From NCBI RefSeq assembly GCF_964355755.1, contig NC_092675.1:1545812-1609811 (forward strand): a stretch of 64,000 nt of DNA, read 5' to 3'. Position numbers and translations under genes: made by a program. The stretch comes from Antedon mediterranea (lineage: Eukaryota > Animalia > Echinodermata). Positions within the stretch are counted from its first letter, which is position 1. Every line of letters starts with the position of its first letter. The notes beneath the pieces were generated by a model. It had not been told where the DNA came from and did not search any database. It saw only the letters and a list, made by a program, of their open reading frames with translations. This document shows positions 21,001 through 33,000 of the stretch, piece after piece.

Positions 21001-23798
21001 GGATTCTTTTTTGGTCGTACATCGTTGATCAAGCTATCACCCAAGAAGACATGGGAAGGCTTTATTGGTGCTCTGTTTTCAACACTTGTTTTTGCATTTT
21101 TCGTAAGTATTTTTACAAATGATCAGGACGCTGTGGACTTTGTTACATCTTTTCAACAACATTCTTCTCCCCAAAGGGTCCCATTGTGCCACCGGCAACC
21201 AATTATGGTGAACTAGCACACTGGGGTTAACCCCTACTCTTGAAAGATGTACTAGGTTCTTTACACGAGCAATGTGCACACAAACTAGATGTGTACATCT
21301 AAATGTTTTTTTGTCACAAAGTTTGATAGTGTAAACAGAGCTTTAGTTGTCAGTATACTGAATATTGAATTGCTATTTTATGTCATTGATAACAGTTACT
21401 TGTAAATTTGTCTTTCAGTTTGCAGCAATTCTGGCTCCACATCCATATCTTACTTGCCCTGCTATGGTACGTAATTCTTTATTTGATGATAATATTAATT
21501 TAGTTAGTTTGTAAGTTGTAAGTAGTGAATCGTGGTTAAGAAAGGAACATAATAACTAAAAGTCTTAACACATTGTCCAGTGTATTTCTATATATTTCAA
21601 CTATATTTATGGGGGTTGTCCCATTCAGCCAAAGCTCATCATGTATATTAGCCTTAATACGCTTCTGAGTATGTATTACCTCACTTATTAACACCTGTTA
21701 CGGTACAATGAACCATATATAGAAGTTTGATTTATTTACCTACATCTGACAAATTTATAACATTCCACTTTTCTGCCATCAGTGCGACAGCTTTTGTTAA
21801 ATGCCAAAATTAAGGTAAAATCCTTGTTTTCATTTTACTAGTTTGATTCAGAGAGTCACAGCTTTGTGATGAGATGTACTCCAAGTTCAACCTTCCACCT
21901 AAAGGAGTACCACTTGCCAATGATTTTGAAGGATGCCTTTGGTATTGTAAGTATTCTTAAGCTCTGTCTACACTATCAAACTAGTTTTACACAATAAAGA
22001 GTGATGTTCCCAAATATGGTACTGGTATGACATCATCATCATGTCCATATATAGATCAAACATAAAGTTTGATAGTGTGAACAGAGCTTTAATTCCTTTG
22101 AAAATCTAATATACCACTTTAAACATGTTTTGTTTTTTTTTATATTTGTAACTTTCTTGACGTGCAACAACATTTTAAGGCATTGAACATTTATGGTAGT
22201 GATATTCCCAAATATGGTAGTGATATTCCCAAATATGGTAGTGATATTCTCAAATATGGTAGTGATATGACATCATGTCCATATATGGGCACATCACATT
22301 TGTTGTCGCATAAAGTTAAATAGTGTAGACAAGGCTTTAGTAATACAATCAGGACTTTTTTTATTCTTACAGCTTGGATTCCAACTGAGTACAGTAACAC
22401 TTTATCCAGCGCAGCTACACGCTGTTGTGATTGCAGCCTTTGCCTCGTTGGTGGGGCCATTCGGTGGCTTCTTTGCAAGCGGATTCAAAAGAGCATTCAA
22501 AATTAAGGTAATTGCAATTCTAGACGTTTCTTCAATCAATGTATCAATCCCACTACTGTGTTGGGCCATGGTTTCCTCTTGAGCTATTTGCCAAATGTTC
22601 AAGATGTATTGTCCCTAAAAACGTGTAAAATGAATAGGCCATTTTGTAGTTTTAATCAAGTGAGTCTCTTCCGTAGAAAATAAACCTGAAAAAATAATGT
22701 TTTCACAGCCAATTTGACTATTTTTTGCTTTAAATTACAGTTTTTTAAGTAAATAATTTTTTTTTTTCAATCCAAATTTTTTTCAAAGTGAATAACTATT
22801 ATGTGACATTAGAATGGCATATTCAACCCAAAAAATTGGAAAAACATTTTTTTCAGGGGGATAATATGTAAAAATACATAATTCAATTTTCACTTGTTAA
22901 TCAATCCATTATTTTTTTTTTTTTTAGGATTTTGGAGATGTTATTCCAGGGCATGGCGGAATCATGGATAGGTTTGATTGTCAATTTATTATGGCATCAT
23001 TCCTCTATGTCTACATCTTCACCTTTCTCAAGTGAGTTTATAAAATTATATTATCATATTATTATATAATAATATTTTGTTTGTACTGGCTTATGACAGG
23101 TAGCTGTTACAAATAATGTAAATTATTTATGTACATTTTTGTAAATATAAATATATGCACTCCTGTGGATTGTGCATAGGTATACTATATAGGTAGTCTA
23201 CACGTTTAGTCTGTGTTGCTACAGTAAAGTTAGTACTGTATTGTTAAACACCATGCGGTGTTGTTGGCTTAGTCAGCCGTAAAGTTGTTAATTTGCATAA
23301 CAAATGTGTCCGCTTATAAAACTAGGCAACGGAGATGCGGAATCTATGTTAGTAAGTTACTGTTTACCAGTTGGACAAGTGTTACAGTGTATGAAACAGT
23401 GTTAACGTAGATAGAAGGTTATAACTGGTGCAAGCAGTGGTATTGTTAAGCCAGCTTGCCGGTAAGCCATGGTATTATGTTAAGCCAGCTACAATAAAAG
23501 GAATATACCTGATGTTCGTACTGTTGAATTGTTGTTTGTCTACTGCGTTTTAGAAACAGCGACTACAACCAAATTTATTGCATAACGGCAATAAAAGTCT
23601 GTGTGTTGATATCTTGCCAATGTTTGCTAATGATTGTTAATAAGTAATAGCACTGGTTCTTTTTGCTTTATTTCACACAGAACTGCAAACCCTCAAAAAC
23701 TAATTCAGCAGTTGTTCCAACTACCCGTTGAGGACCAGATGACGGTATACAACTCTTTACAGGAACATTTGGTGAAGAGTGGAGCAATTGAGCTATAA
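15063..23798 (+). CDS. CDS2: Phosphatidate cytidylyltransferase (CDP-diacylglycerol synthase, CDS1/CDS2 family), 13 coding exons, complete
   Basis: Exons 15063-15134, 16658-16776, 18073-18169, 19618-19797, 20098-20158, 20287-20345, 20745-20883, 21002-21102, 21419-21466, 21842-21946, 22373-22507, 22928-23031, 23681-23798. Motifs: [112 protein letters not shown]. Probably a co-ortholog of vertebrate CDS1 and CDS2. Confidence 0.96.
15964..15989. mobile_element. Ultra-short hairpin insertion with 7-bp TSD (P-element-like termini)
   Basis: ACCTAGT-[CATAGAGATATTATAATATCTCTATG]-ACCTAGT. Confidence 0.6.
17119..17139. mobile_element. Ultra-short hairpin insertion with near-perfect 7-bp TSD
   Basis: TTCTAAA-[CATGGAGGTAATATCTCCATG]-TTCTAAC. 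Confidence 0.5.
18225..19505. repeat. 18-bp minisatellite (TTACC(A/G)ACAACTAACT(A/T)G), about 70 copies, in CDS intron 3
   Basis: Period 18 is directly visible. The array is interrupted at 18495-18524 by a hairpin insertion. Confidence 0.97.
18495..18524. mobile_element. Ultra-short hairpin insertion with perfect 7-bp TSD inside the minisatellite
   Basis: AACTAAC-[CATGGAGGTATAAAAATTTATACCTCCATG]-AACTAAC. Confidence 0.65.
20595..20708 (-). mobile_element. tRNA-derived SINE head fragment
   Basis: Minus strand GTAGCTTGGTGGTTAACATGCTTGCC...GGGGTTCAATCCTGGC, with A- and B-box-like motifs. Confidence 0.6.
21960..22088. mobile_element. Harbinger-type MITE family A
   Basis: AGCTCTGTCTACACTATCAAAC...GTTTGATAGTGTGAACAGAGCT with TTA/TTA TSD. 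Further partial copies at about 21305-21342, 22192-22337 and 26825-26970. Confidence 0.8.
23106..23587 (+). mobile_element. Possible solo LTR in the last CDS intron
   Basis: Starts TGTTAC and ends ..CATAAC(G). Internal TATAAAA (about 23315) and AATAAA (about 23493). Composition differs from the flanks. No clear TSD. Confidence 0.3.
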
Positions 23799-23855
23799 AA
23801 GACAACATGGCGGTCACAGTCACATTCTCTGTGTAATTCTATCGACAGTTGCTAA

Positions 23856-23998
23856 AGCTCTGTCTACACTATTAAACTTTATGTTACAACAAAATGTGAT
23901 GTGCCGATGATGTCATACCATATTTGGACATATCACAACTATATTTGTGCACATCACACTTTTTTTTGTCAAACTAGTTTGATAGTGTAGACAGAGCT
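23856..23998. mobile_element. Harbinger-type MITE family A in the CDS 3'UTR
   Basis: Complete TIRs with TAA/TAA TSD, about 57 bp after the stop codon. Confidence 0.85.
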
Positions 23999-25129
23999 TA
24001 AGGTAACAAAGAGTAAATAGTTGTACCCAAGTCAAAAACTTGTTGCTAGGTACACAGACAAGCCTTATTAGGTAAACTACTGGTCACATGACTTGTTTAC
24101 AAGCCTTTTCCAAGCGTATCCTATATTTAATGTCGTGATCATTTAGATATATAAATATTTTATTCACATTTGAAATGCAATTTGTAATGTTCTTTTCCTG
24201 TCACTGTACACAACAATCTATAAGATAATGTATTTAATATGTTACACAATTTAATTATTTGAGTGTGTAGTATTGTGGTATTACAGAGTAAAGTGCAGTA
24301 GATAGTTCTTAAGTCCAAACAATAACCTGGCCAAATCTGTTATCAAGCATTATAACCCCCATCATTTTTTATCTTTTGTGGGTGCCTTAATCTTAAGCAT
24401 TTTAGAGTGTTATTTAAAAAAAAAATAATTATAAAGGGGTAGAAAAATAATGTAAAGGTATATTGATAATAATTTTTAAATTAAGGAATAAAACTCTAAA
24501 CTGACCAAAAATGATACTAACATAAATAATGATTTAGATGTATTAATTTGTTTTGCCCTCCTATGACGTGACTGGATACTGAGACAACGTGACTGGATAC
24601 TGAGACATCGAGAAAACTTAACAAATGAACATTCTCAGGTTGGAGAATTACTTTTAAAATGTTATCCAGTATGTCTGAAAAAAAAACAACTGACCAATTA
24701 ACTTAGCTCCATGACGCAAGTTAATTTGTAGTAGTTAAAATTACCTTGGTTTAAATGTGAACATTTTTCTAATATATTAATTAATAACTACATTCATTAT
24801 TGTGAAACTGATTATTAATTACTATACCAGCTAATTGAGTAATCGACATATGTAGTCATTAATTAAAAGGAGTGCTTTTGACTAGACCTGCATTTACTTA
24901 ACAGTAAAGTATTGTGCGTCAGTTTTAAGTATTTGGATCAAATAGTTCGAATGATGTATGGAATTTTTAAATAATGCAATTTAATGTGCTTAGATGAGGC
25001 TGATTTTGTTATGCTTTATCATAAAATGTTAAAGATTAATCACAAAAAAAGTGATTGTCATATGCATGTGTTTCATTCAGTTTAATCATGATTTTGAAGC
25101 ATAATGCAACAAAACAAATTTATTAATGT

Positions 25130-25265
25130 GTCCCTTGAATAGGGGTTGGTTCTGAATAATGGGTGGCCCCTGAATAGGAGGTGGCTCCAAATGAGGGGTG
25201 GCTCCTGAATAGGGGTTGGTCCCTGAATAGGGGTTGGCCCCTGAATAAGGGGTGACCCCTGAATA
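25130..25265. repeat. Degenerate ~20-bp tandem repeat (CCCTGAATAGGGG.TGG)
   Basis: About 6 degenerate units. Confidence 0.8.
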
Positions 25266-25745
25266 ATAATAATATTTCCCTCATTCTTTTCAATAAGTAA
25301 AGAGCTGGAAAGTTAAAACAATTTTTATTATTAGTTATTCAATTCAATTATATTCAGTAATAATGTTTCATAATAATTATACTCACCAATAATTTTGTAT
25401 AATTTTAATATGATTTTTATATAAAAAGTATTAAATGTTATACAAATGTTGAAACTTTTTTAACCAATTTAAATTTCTCTCTCTAATAATGGCCAAAATT
25501 TAAATGATTTCTATAATACAAACGATTGACCATAAATAACCAATGAAAATGGAATAATGAATATTTGAATTTATTAATTTCCAAAATAGTGTATTAAACA
25601 AATTAATTTATTATATGTAAGACTAAGATGTAACTTTATGAGTTTTTAAAGTAATTTAATTTTTAGTTTAAACAATGATTGTGTGAATTAGTTTACTAAT
25701 AACATAGGTATATTCCTTTTTCAATGTTGAGTTATAACATTCTCA

Positions 25746-25830
25746 CTCCTGAGGACAAAGAATATTGATCGGAACGTCGAGAAACTCATTCGTTATTGTT
25801 AGAACAACATTAAACTCTTTAAAAACTACA
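25746..25830 (+). mobile_element. Degenerate Penelope-type hammerhead-bearing repeat (second family)
   Basis: CTC-CTGAGGA-CAAAGAATATTGATC-GGAA-CGTC-GAG. The core has a GAAA>GGAA change, an ACGT palindrome and a CTC/GAG helix I. Confidence 0.45.
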
Positions 25831-27387
25831 CGCCCTACATACAAGAAGAAAAACGCCTTTGGTTTAATTTATGGGTGGTCAATTTTAAGAAAGGTTTAAT
25901 CTATTTTAAGCATAACGTCCATTACTATCAACTCTCCCAATACTGGACACCATTGCAACAATATGTCTGGTTTTCCATTTTTGTTTTAATGGTTAAAACA
26001 AGGATTTAGGACCATTTGGACCCGGTCAACTGTCTGTATTTGGGTTTTCAGATAGTTCGATATTGGTAAAGTTATAACTTGTGTTCGATATTGGTAAACT
26101 TTTGCTGGCATAACTTGTGTTTTTGCAATAATGTATATTACAGGTAATGACAGGGCCAAGTGGAACCATGCTTGTCATTTTCTCTTGTAACAAAATCCTA
26201 CCAATGACCATGTTGGCTATTTTTATTATTGTTTTGTCTATTTCTTCTTTTTCTTGCACTCCATATTCCTCAGGTCTTAAATGTGCACAGATTTTTTTAA
26301 CAATTATATATTGAGTCTATTTCGTGCCTAGCTTACCTGGATAAACCGACAATCGCCCGTGCTCTCCAGAGTCTTAGATACGAAAAGTTAAAGTTCCTAG
26401 GATACTTCTGGACCAAAATGGACTAGTCCGCAATCACCATTATAGAATAATCTTAATGAAGGACCATTTATTCAATACCTGAGCTTACAGAGATGTGGTC
26501 TTTAATTGAGATATTTGAGAAGTCGTGTTCAGACCTTGTATCAAATAAGAATAGTATAAAATGTGACGTTGATATTTTGTGTTGTCTTTAATGAAATATC
26601 TTGTTGTTTAAATGTATAAATCATGTATGATGTACACATATTTTGCTTTCTAGATAAAATATACTAATCACAATCTACTCTGTAATAGTTTTAGCGCATT
26701 GTTTTCTGTACTCTTTTATTAGTTTTTAATTTAATAAATTCCTTCAGATAGAGACAAACGAAATTGTAGCCAACGTGTAGTCATTTTGTTATCGATTTGT
26801 ATCTTCCTTGTATTCTCTCTTAATCTCTGTCTACACTATCAAACTATAGTGACATAAAAAGTGTGATCTACCTAAATATGGTAGTGATATACCCAAATAT
26901 GGTAACGGTATGACATCATCATATCCATATAATGGGCACATCACATTCTTTTTTGTCACATAAAGTTTAGCGAAGTTTATAAATACTGCACGTGAAGTAA
27001 CGTAAAGATGCATGGACCATTTTCTAGGCGTCATACGATTTGCAGTTCTTAGAATTATATGTACAGCTTCGTTCTTCACTCTCAATGGATTTTGAATGTT
27101 CGATCATCCTACTCAGTTTCTATCAGTCCGTTTCTAAACGTCACATCCCATGATCATTATGCGGCTCTTTAATCTTACAAATGATCATATCTCGAAACAC
27201 GTTCCTCACATAAAACTGTTTTAATGAACAAGTTTGAGTAGACCAGTTTCAAGTTACGTAATAGCACATTTCATAATTGGTATAGTTCACGAACTAAATT
27301 CTCCCCAAACCCTCGGCAAAATATTGAACGAATCTTCACTTTATAGTATAATAAGGAAGTAGACCTAATACAACGTATTTCGAATGT

Positions 27388-27660
27388 GTCATTATCATCA
27401 TTAACATGATCTCCAGTTGTTCATTATCATCATCATCATCATTATCATCATCATCATCATCATCATCATATCATCGTCTTTATATCATTATCATCATCAT
27501 TATCATCATCATCGTCATCATATCATCATCGTCATCATCAGTATCACCATCTTCATCTTCACCATCATCGTCATCATCATCATCATAATATCATCATCTT
27601 CTTTATCATTATCATATTCATCATCAACATCATCATCACCATCAGCACATCATTATCGTC
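27388..27660. repeat. (ATC)n/(TCA)n degenerate microsatellite
   Basis: Explains the poly-Ser/Ile/His ORFs. Confidence 0.97.
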
Positions 27661-28159
27661 CTCGTGTAATTTCTTTGTGCCACGACTAGATCGATATCAC
27701 ATTACTTTAGATATCTATATTCTTAACCAATTGTTGAATTACAATAATTGCGTAAAACAACATTATAACAAGTTCATTACAAGAATACCGGGTTACTTAT
27801 GAAATACAGGTGATGTCAATAATGCGCGTATAAAATACATCACCGAGTCTCTTAATAATTTGAATTGACATAGAAAATGAACTGACAGTACATTAATATA
27901 ATAATATTGACATTCAAAACCAATAGTATTATTATATTAATATATAAGTGACGTATATGGTAATTTGTTCAACGCAACATGTTGGCGAAAGAACGGCTAG
28001 GCCTATATTGATATCTACCTAAATTGACATTCATTGTTAATTTAACGTTAATATCAGCCCATTTCCTGGTAGGCCTAAACATGATTCAAACTGTTGACGA
28101 ACAATGTAGGTTTTGTGTGGAATTAGATATAATTATGACAACAAATATTTCTTTAAAAG

Positions 28160-28466
28160 ACGCCGCTCATCAACTCTTCGCTTCGTTCATCCAGCAGACT
28201 TCTTCTAAAACCTGGACCCCGTTCCAGAACTCGGTTTTACGGTGATCGTGCTTTCGCTGTCGCAGCCCCAAAACTCTGGAACACTCTACCACTCGAAATA
28301 CGCTCATCAAAATCTGTTATCACATTTAAAACTAAACTCAAAACTCATCTCTTCAGAGAAGCATAATCGCACGCTACTACTTGCACTGATCTTGGAAAAC
28401 ACAGCGCTTTGAAACCTTTGTCTCTTGCGCTTTATAAATGTTATTTATTATTATTATTATTATTAT
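28160..28466 (+). mobile_element. 5'-truncated L2/CR1-group LINE 3' end with (ATT)n tail
   Basis: Open frame 28181-28366 LRSSSRLLLKPGPRSRTRFYGDRAFAVAAPKLWNTLPLEIRSSKSVITFKTKLKTHLFREA*, a classic L2 ORF2 C-terminus. It is followed by ...GCGCTTTATAAATG(TTA)n. Confidence 0.88.
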
Positions 28467-29104
28467 ATCTACCGATTACATGCGTCTCAATATTTATCGG
28501 TAGATGTTTTCATAGACTCTCTTTTCCCAAACGTGCTTTGGGGTATGCGCATTGCTCAGTCCGAGTAACGAGTTTCCAAATATCCAGGCATTTTTCAGCC
28601 GTAGTAAACCGATGGTAACTTGTTCCTTGGAGCGATGCAAAAAAACCAAAATTGATGATTATATCTTCCTTCTTCCTAACGTTTTCCGTCTCCCGACATA
28701 AGCCTGCCCATCGTTTGTTCCCATTTGTTATAGGGTAGGACGGTTTGAATAATAAATAATAATCATTATAAAATTCGACACGCTTGTCGCAATACAATAT
28801 CGGTATTAAACAATTGTGATAATAAACTAATACTAATAAAATATATGGTAAATATAAACAAGAATTAATTATACATAACGGATATTATAAAATTGATTAT
28901 CATTATGAATGTATGGTTGTTATAGTTACTGCCTGTTTGTTATTGATACTTAAAAAGTAATAATAATATTGACTGGAATAAGTTTATCCTTCAACAAGAA
29001 GCAGTGGCGATTTTCTTGCCCTCCCTTCCAACACAACCTCTCCAACCTCCTCGGTGTGATAAACCTTTAAAGAAGATAATTAATATGAAAGAATAAACAT
29101 TTAG

Positions 29105-29120
29105 TTGATTGATTGATTAA

Positions 29121-29159
<39 letters not shown>

Positions 29160-29170
29160 TGATTGAATGA
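29105..29170. repeat. (GATT)n microsatellite
   Basis: Directly visible. Confidence 0.95.
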
Positions 29171-30005
29171 TTTATAGACAATGATTATCGGTTACCATAA
29201 ACAAGAATACTAATAATGTTGATATACAATAATAAAAAGCGTTATATTTAAACAAAGTAGATTCCTCATTTCTTTTTATTAATATTATACTAATGTAATG
29301 AATCATTTAATTACGGTAGCATGATAAATTAGATTGTCATGGTTGCTGTGTAACGATGTCATTATTATAGGAGTAATCAATAGTGATGTAGGTCTACGGT
29401 TTGGTATAAACAATTGATAATAATGATAATTTATACTTCCTTATATTTATGAGACCTATTGATTAATATTACGGTTCGTTTAATCGATTGTTTTAACCAG
29501 ATGCTCAGTTGTTGCGCATACCACAGCACTTTTCAACAAGTGGGCGGTACTTAAACTTTAAGTTCTCACTTATATCCGTCTTTAAGATTACTACGCCATC
29601 TTTTAAAAAAAAGTTTGCTCTATCATTGTTCAATTGATGCCGTGTGGTATACTATACATAATAATTATTAATAGGCCTACTGCGCTATTATTGAAAATAA
29701 GAATAAATGATCTAACCATCCTAAAGGTAATTTTTTTGGACTGGAAAAGTTTGGACTACAATATTAGTATTACAAACAACTTCGCATTTAACAAACAATA
29801 TTTATATTGATTCACGAACAACTTCAACAAACAAAAGAGTGGATTAAAAAAAGTTGTGAAAACAAATTACGAAAACGTTTCTTTATTTATCCTCTGGCGC
29901 GGATTTAAGTACGTGCTATTGTGAAGTGATAAGGTCTTAAGTCAATCAACATTGCGCAGACGATCGACTGCAGGTAGAGTGCGGTAATAATAAACAATTG
30001 AGGCC

Positions 30006-33000
30006 ATGGCGGACATAGAAGTAGATAATACGATGCGGAATTTACTGCAGAAATATGAAAAGGAAAACAATGTTGAAAGTGATTTGACCAGCCTAGAGCC
30101 TCAAGATGATATAAATGAACAAGACCCCAGCATCTGCGAGGATCGTTTTCGCGTTGATCGTAAGAAACTGGAGCAGATGCTGCAAGGTAAGTTCTAAGCC
30201 TAGGCCTGCTCAGCTGTCAAATGTTTTCATCCTCACACCAGGCTGCTACCAACTGACTTTAGTCACTATCATGGTACAAAGTGCTCCGGAGTTTACCATG
30301 TGGTAATTTAAGTGGGCCTACTGGTAACCAAATACATTTTATTGGGGTTTTCTATCCTGATTTCCTAAGTTAAGTTTTGTATTTTACTAGTGATGTGAAA
30401 ATGCATTGTTTACAATGGAATTCAATTATTATTATTACTATCTAGGCCTATTAAATTTAAATATACCAACACTAACAGTAAATGTGTGTAGTCTTAAAAC
30501 TATTCTCATATATGGAAAGTGCTTATCTCTTTCTTTATCTCATTTTGCTATAAAATGTTGAAATATTATTATGAACTTAAGTAAAATTTATTTACATTGC
30601 TCTGCTTATTGAGAACTTTTTTGACCTGACATTTCAGCAAACCTAAGAAAGACGCAGATAAATTAAATAATATTAATATGTTAGTATTTTTACATATTAA
30701 ATGATAATATATACACCAGGAAGAGAGAAGTAAACAATAAATTTCTTATTTTAAAATTATTATCATTTGCTCATTAAAGATATAATTTCATAAAATAGAA
30801 AAAAAACTATTTTCAATTGCTCAAGTATTCTGTAATATCAGTACCTTAACTAATTCTGGGCCTACAGTACAAAAAGTAAAAATAAAATCTTAATGAGAGT
30901 ACTTTAACCAATGCCGGGTCCTAAAAATCCTCCTTTTCTGTGAAGTTCCCTTTTAAAACTACAGACCAGCAGCAAACATGCTGGTAAATAGTAGATGTAA
31001 ATAATACGCTATGCTTTCATTTCCCCTTCTTGCGAAAAAAACCCTGTGTAAAAATCCTGGCTATGGGATTCATACCCAAAATATTCAAGTGAAATTCAAT
31101 TTATCCCATCTGTTTGTGAAAAAACTGGCCATCAGTTTCAAACAAGTTAAAACGTATGTTTGTTATAATGTATACTTTAATAAATTTAAACATAGGATCA
31201 GTGGATTAAAACAGTAACATTCTTTATTGTGATTGAATAAAGGTTGGTTCTTTGGTAATGGTTGACTGCATTTACTGTGCTTATAAATTATTTAACAATC
31301 AAAAAAAATTTCCAATTTCATACTTGATGTACTTTATTCAGAAACCTTAAAAGCTTCAAAAGAACCATATCATGCTTGTCATCAAACAGTTAGCCAAGAA
31401 TGCCTTTGTTTTGCTTTGTTTCTATCCCATTTTTAATAAAGATCAAATTTTTTAAAACAAAATTGGCATGCTTATTAATTTCTTTCTCATTTGGCTATGG
31501 TAAATTCTGTTGTCACAGTCTACAAACAAGCCACAAATAATTGATCAATATATTTTCATTTATTTAGTGAACAAAACATTCAAGAATTAGGAAAGATCAT
31601 TCATAAACAAAAGATTTTATTTAGTTTGACAGTTTTTACAAAGTTCCTAGTTAGTATCTAGTGATTCATTTATCTCTATAAAGTCATGCATATACTGTAG
31701 TATGATATGTAACCAACCTTGTTATTTTTACACCCAACATATTATGAGAAAATAATAATCTAACCTTGTATTGTAGGCAAATCTTGTTATTTTCTTTTGT
31801 TTTGATATGTCATGCACTCTAACTCACTGTTTTTATCATGTACTTTCATTATCAAAGTGTTAGATTCTAGCGCTGCCGAATAAACCTTTTTACAAAAACT
31901 GCAGTCGATTGGGTGTTTTTACGCATTATCTTGAGAACGCTATTTAACTGTCGGTTATTGACAATTTGTCATGTTTCTGTTGCCAAAAAATGGATGGTAA
32001 TTTATTCACACAGTAAATTTGGTAGACGGGTGGTTAGGACACTTGACTGTCATACAAAGAGATCCGGGTTCAATTCCCAACAACTCCCAGTATACTCAGC
32101 TGTAAATAAGTATCTTGTTAAAAATATTAGGGATAATGTGGCGTGCAAAGGAACTGGCCACCATATCACATAATGCTGAGGCTAGTAAAATGAGCTCCTA
32201 CGTTCATAAATGAATACGGGATTTATACCTTTACCTTTATTGTGTACAATAATCAGTTATTTCCTTAAGCGTGGTTCCCACTAGCAACGCAACGCAAGGA
32301 CGTAACGCAACGCAAGTGAATTGACCAATCACAAGCAATGGCTTATTCGCTTTTGATTGCTAACTGTCTATAACTTCGCTGGTCATTGGTTAAAACGCTT
32401 GCGTTGCGTTTACGTCCTTGCGTTACGTTCTAGTGGGAACCAAGCTTTAGCAGCAGAAAAATACTTCAGTTTGTAATATAATTTCACAATTTGCTAGAGG
32501 GAGTGTCTGCTAAATATTGTTATTGGTATTAAAACTATATTAGAACCCTCAAGGGAAGCTAATTGATGGTCTGTTTGCTGATACCTATTTTGTAAGCAAC
32601 ATGATCTCTTTACCATTACTTCACAGCAGGAATCCCTGGGGTTACAGATGGGTGAATAACTTAATGGTAAATGACAACAATCATTTCCTAAGTTGCAAGT
32701 CATTATTATGTGCTCATCAAATCCATCATCAACTAAAAAAACTTTATATTTTAAAAATAAATGCTTTCACAAAATGTTCTTATTTTGTTTGTGTGTAAAG
32801 AGGAATATAACTGACGTAATACAGTAGTCTGAATAAAGCCTTGTTCGCACTAGACTTGAAAATTTAACGGTGGTACTGTAGCTTTATCCAATGTCATCGG
32901 ATTTGACTATCATTTGCACATGGATATTTTCACTGAAAATTCTCAAAATAATGTTTTAAACATTAAAAAATGTGGCAGGAGTATTGTATCTTGTTGTTTA

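Noticed and set aside
3691-23798. Functional mitochondrial cluster (PrimPol, RSAD1, CDS)
   Set aside because: No shared pathway. Adjacency of housekeeping genes in animal genomes is not evidence of an operon-like system.
25960-26290. ORF 26026-26259 and a nearby PGPNG motif as a possible LINE RT fragment
   Set aside because: Too short and degenerate, with no further RT motifs recognisable.
28510-28797. 95-aa minus-strand ORF upstream of BICC1
   Set aside because: Non-ATG start, no recognisable domain and no splice partners found.
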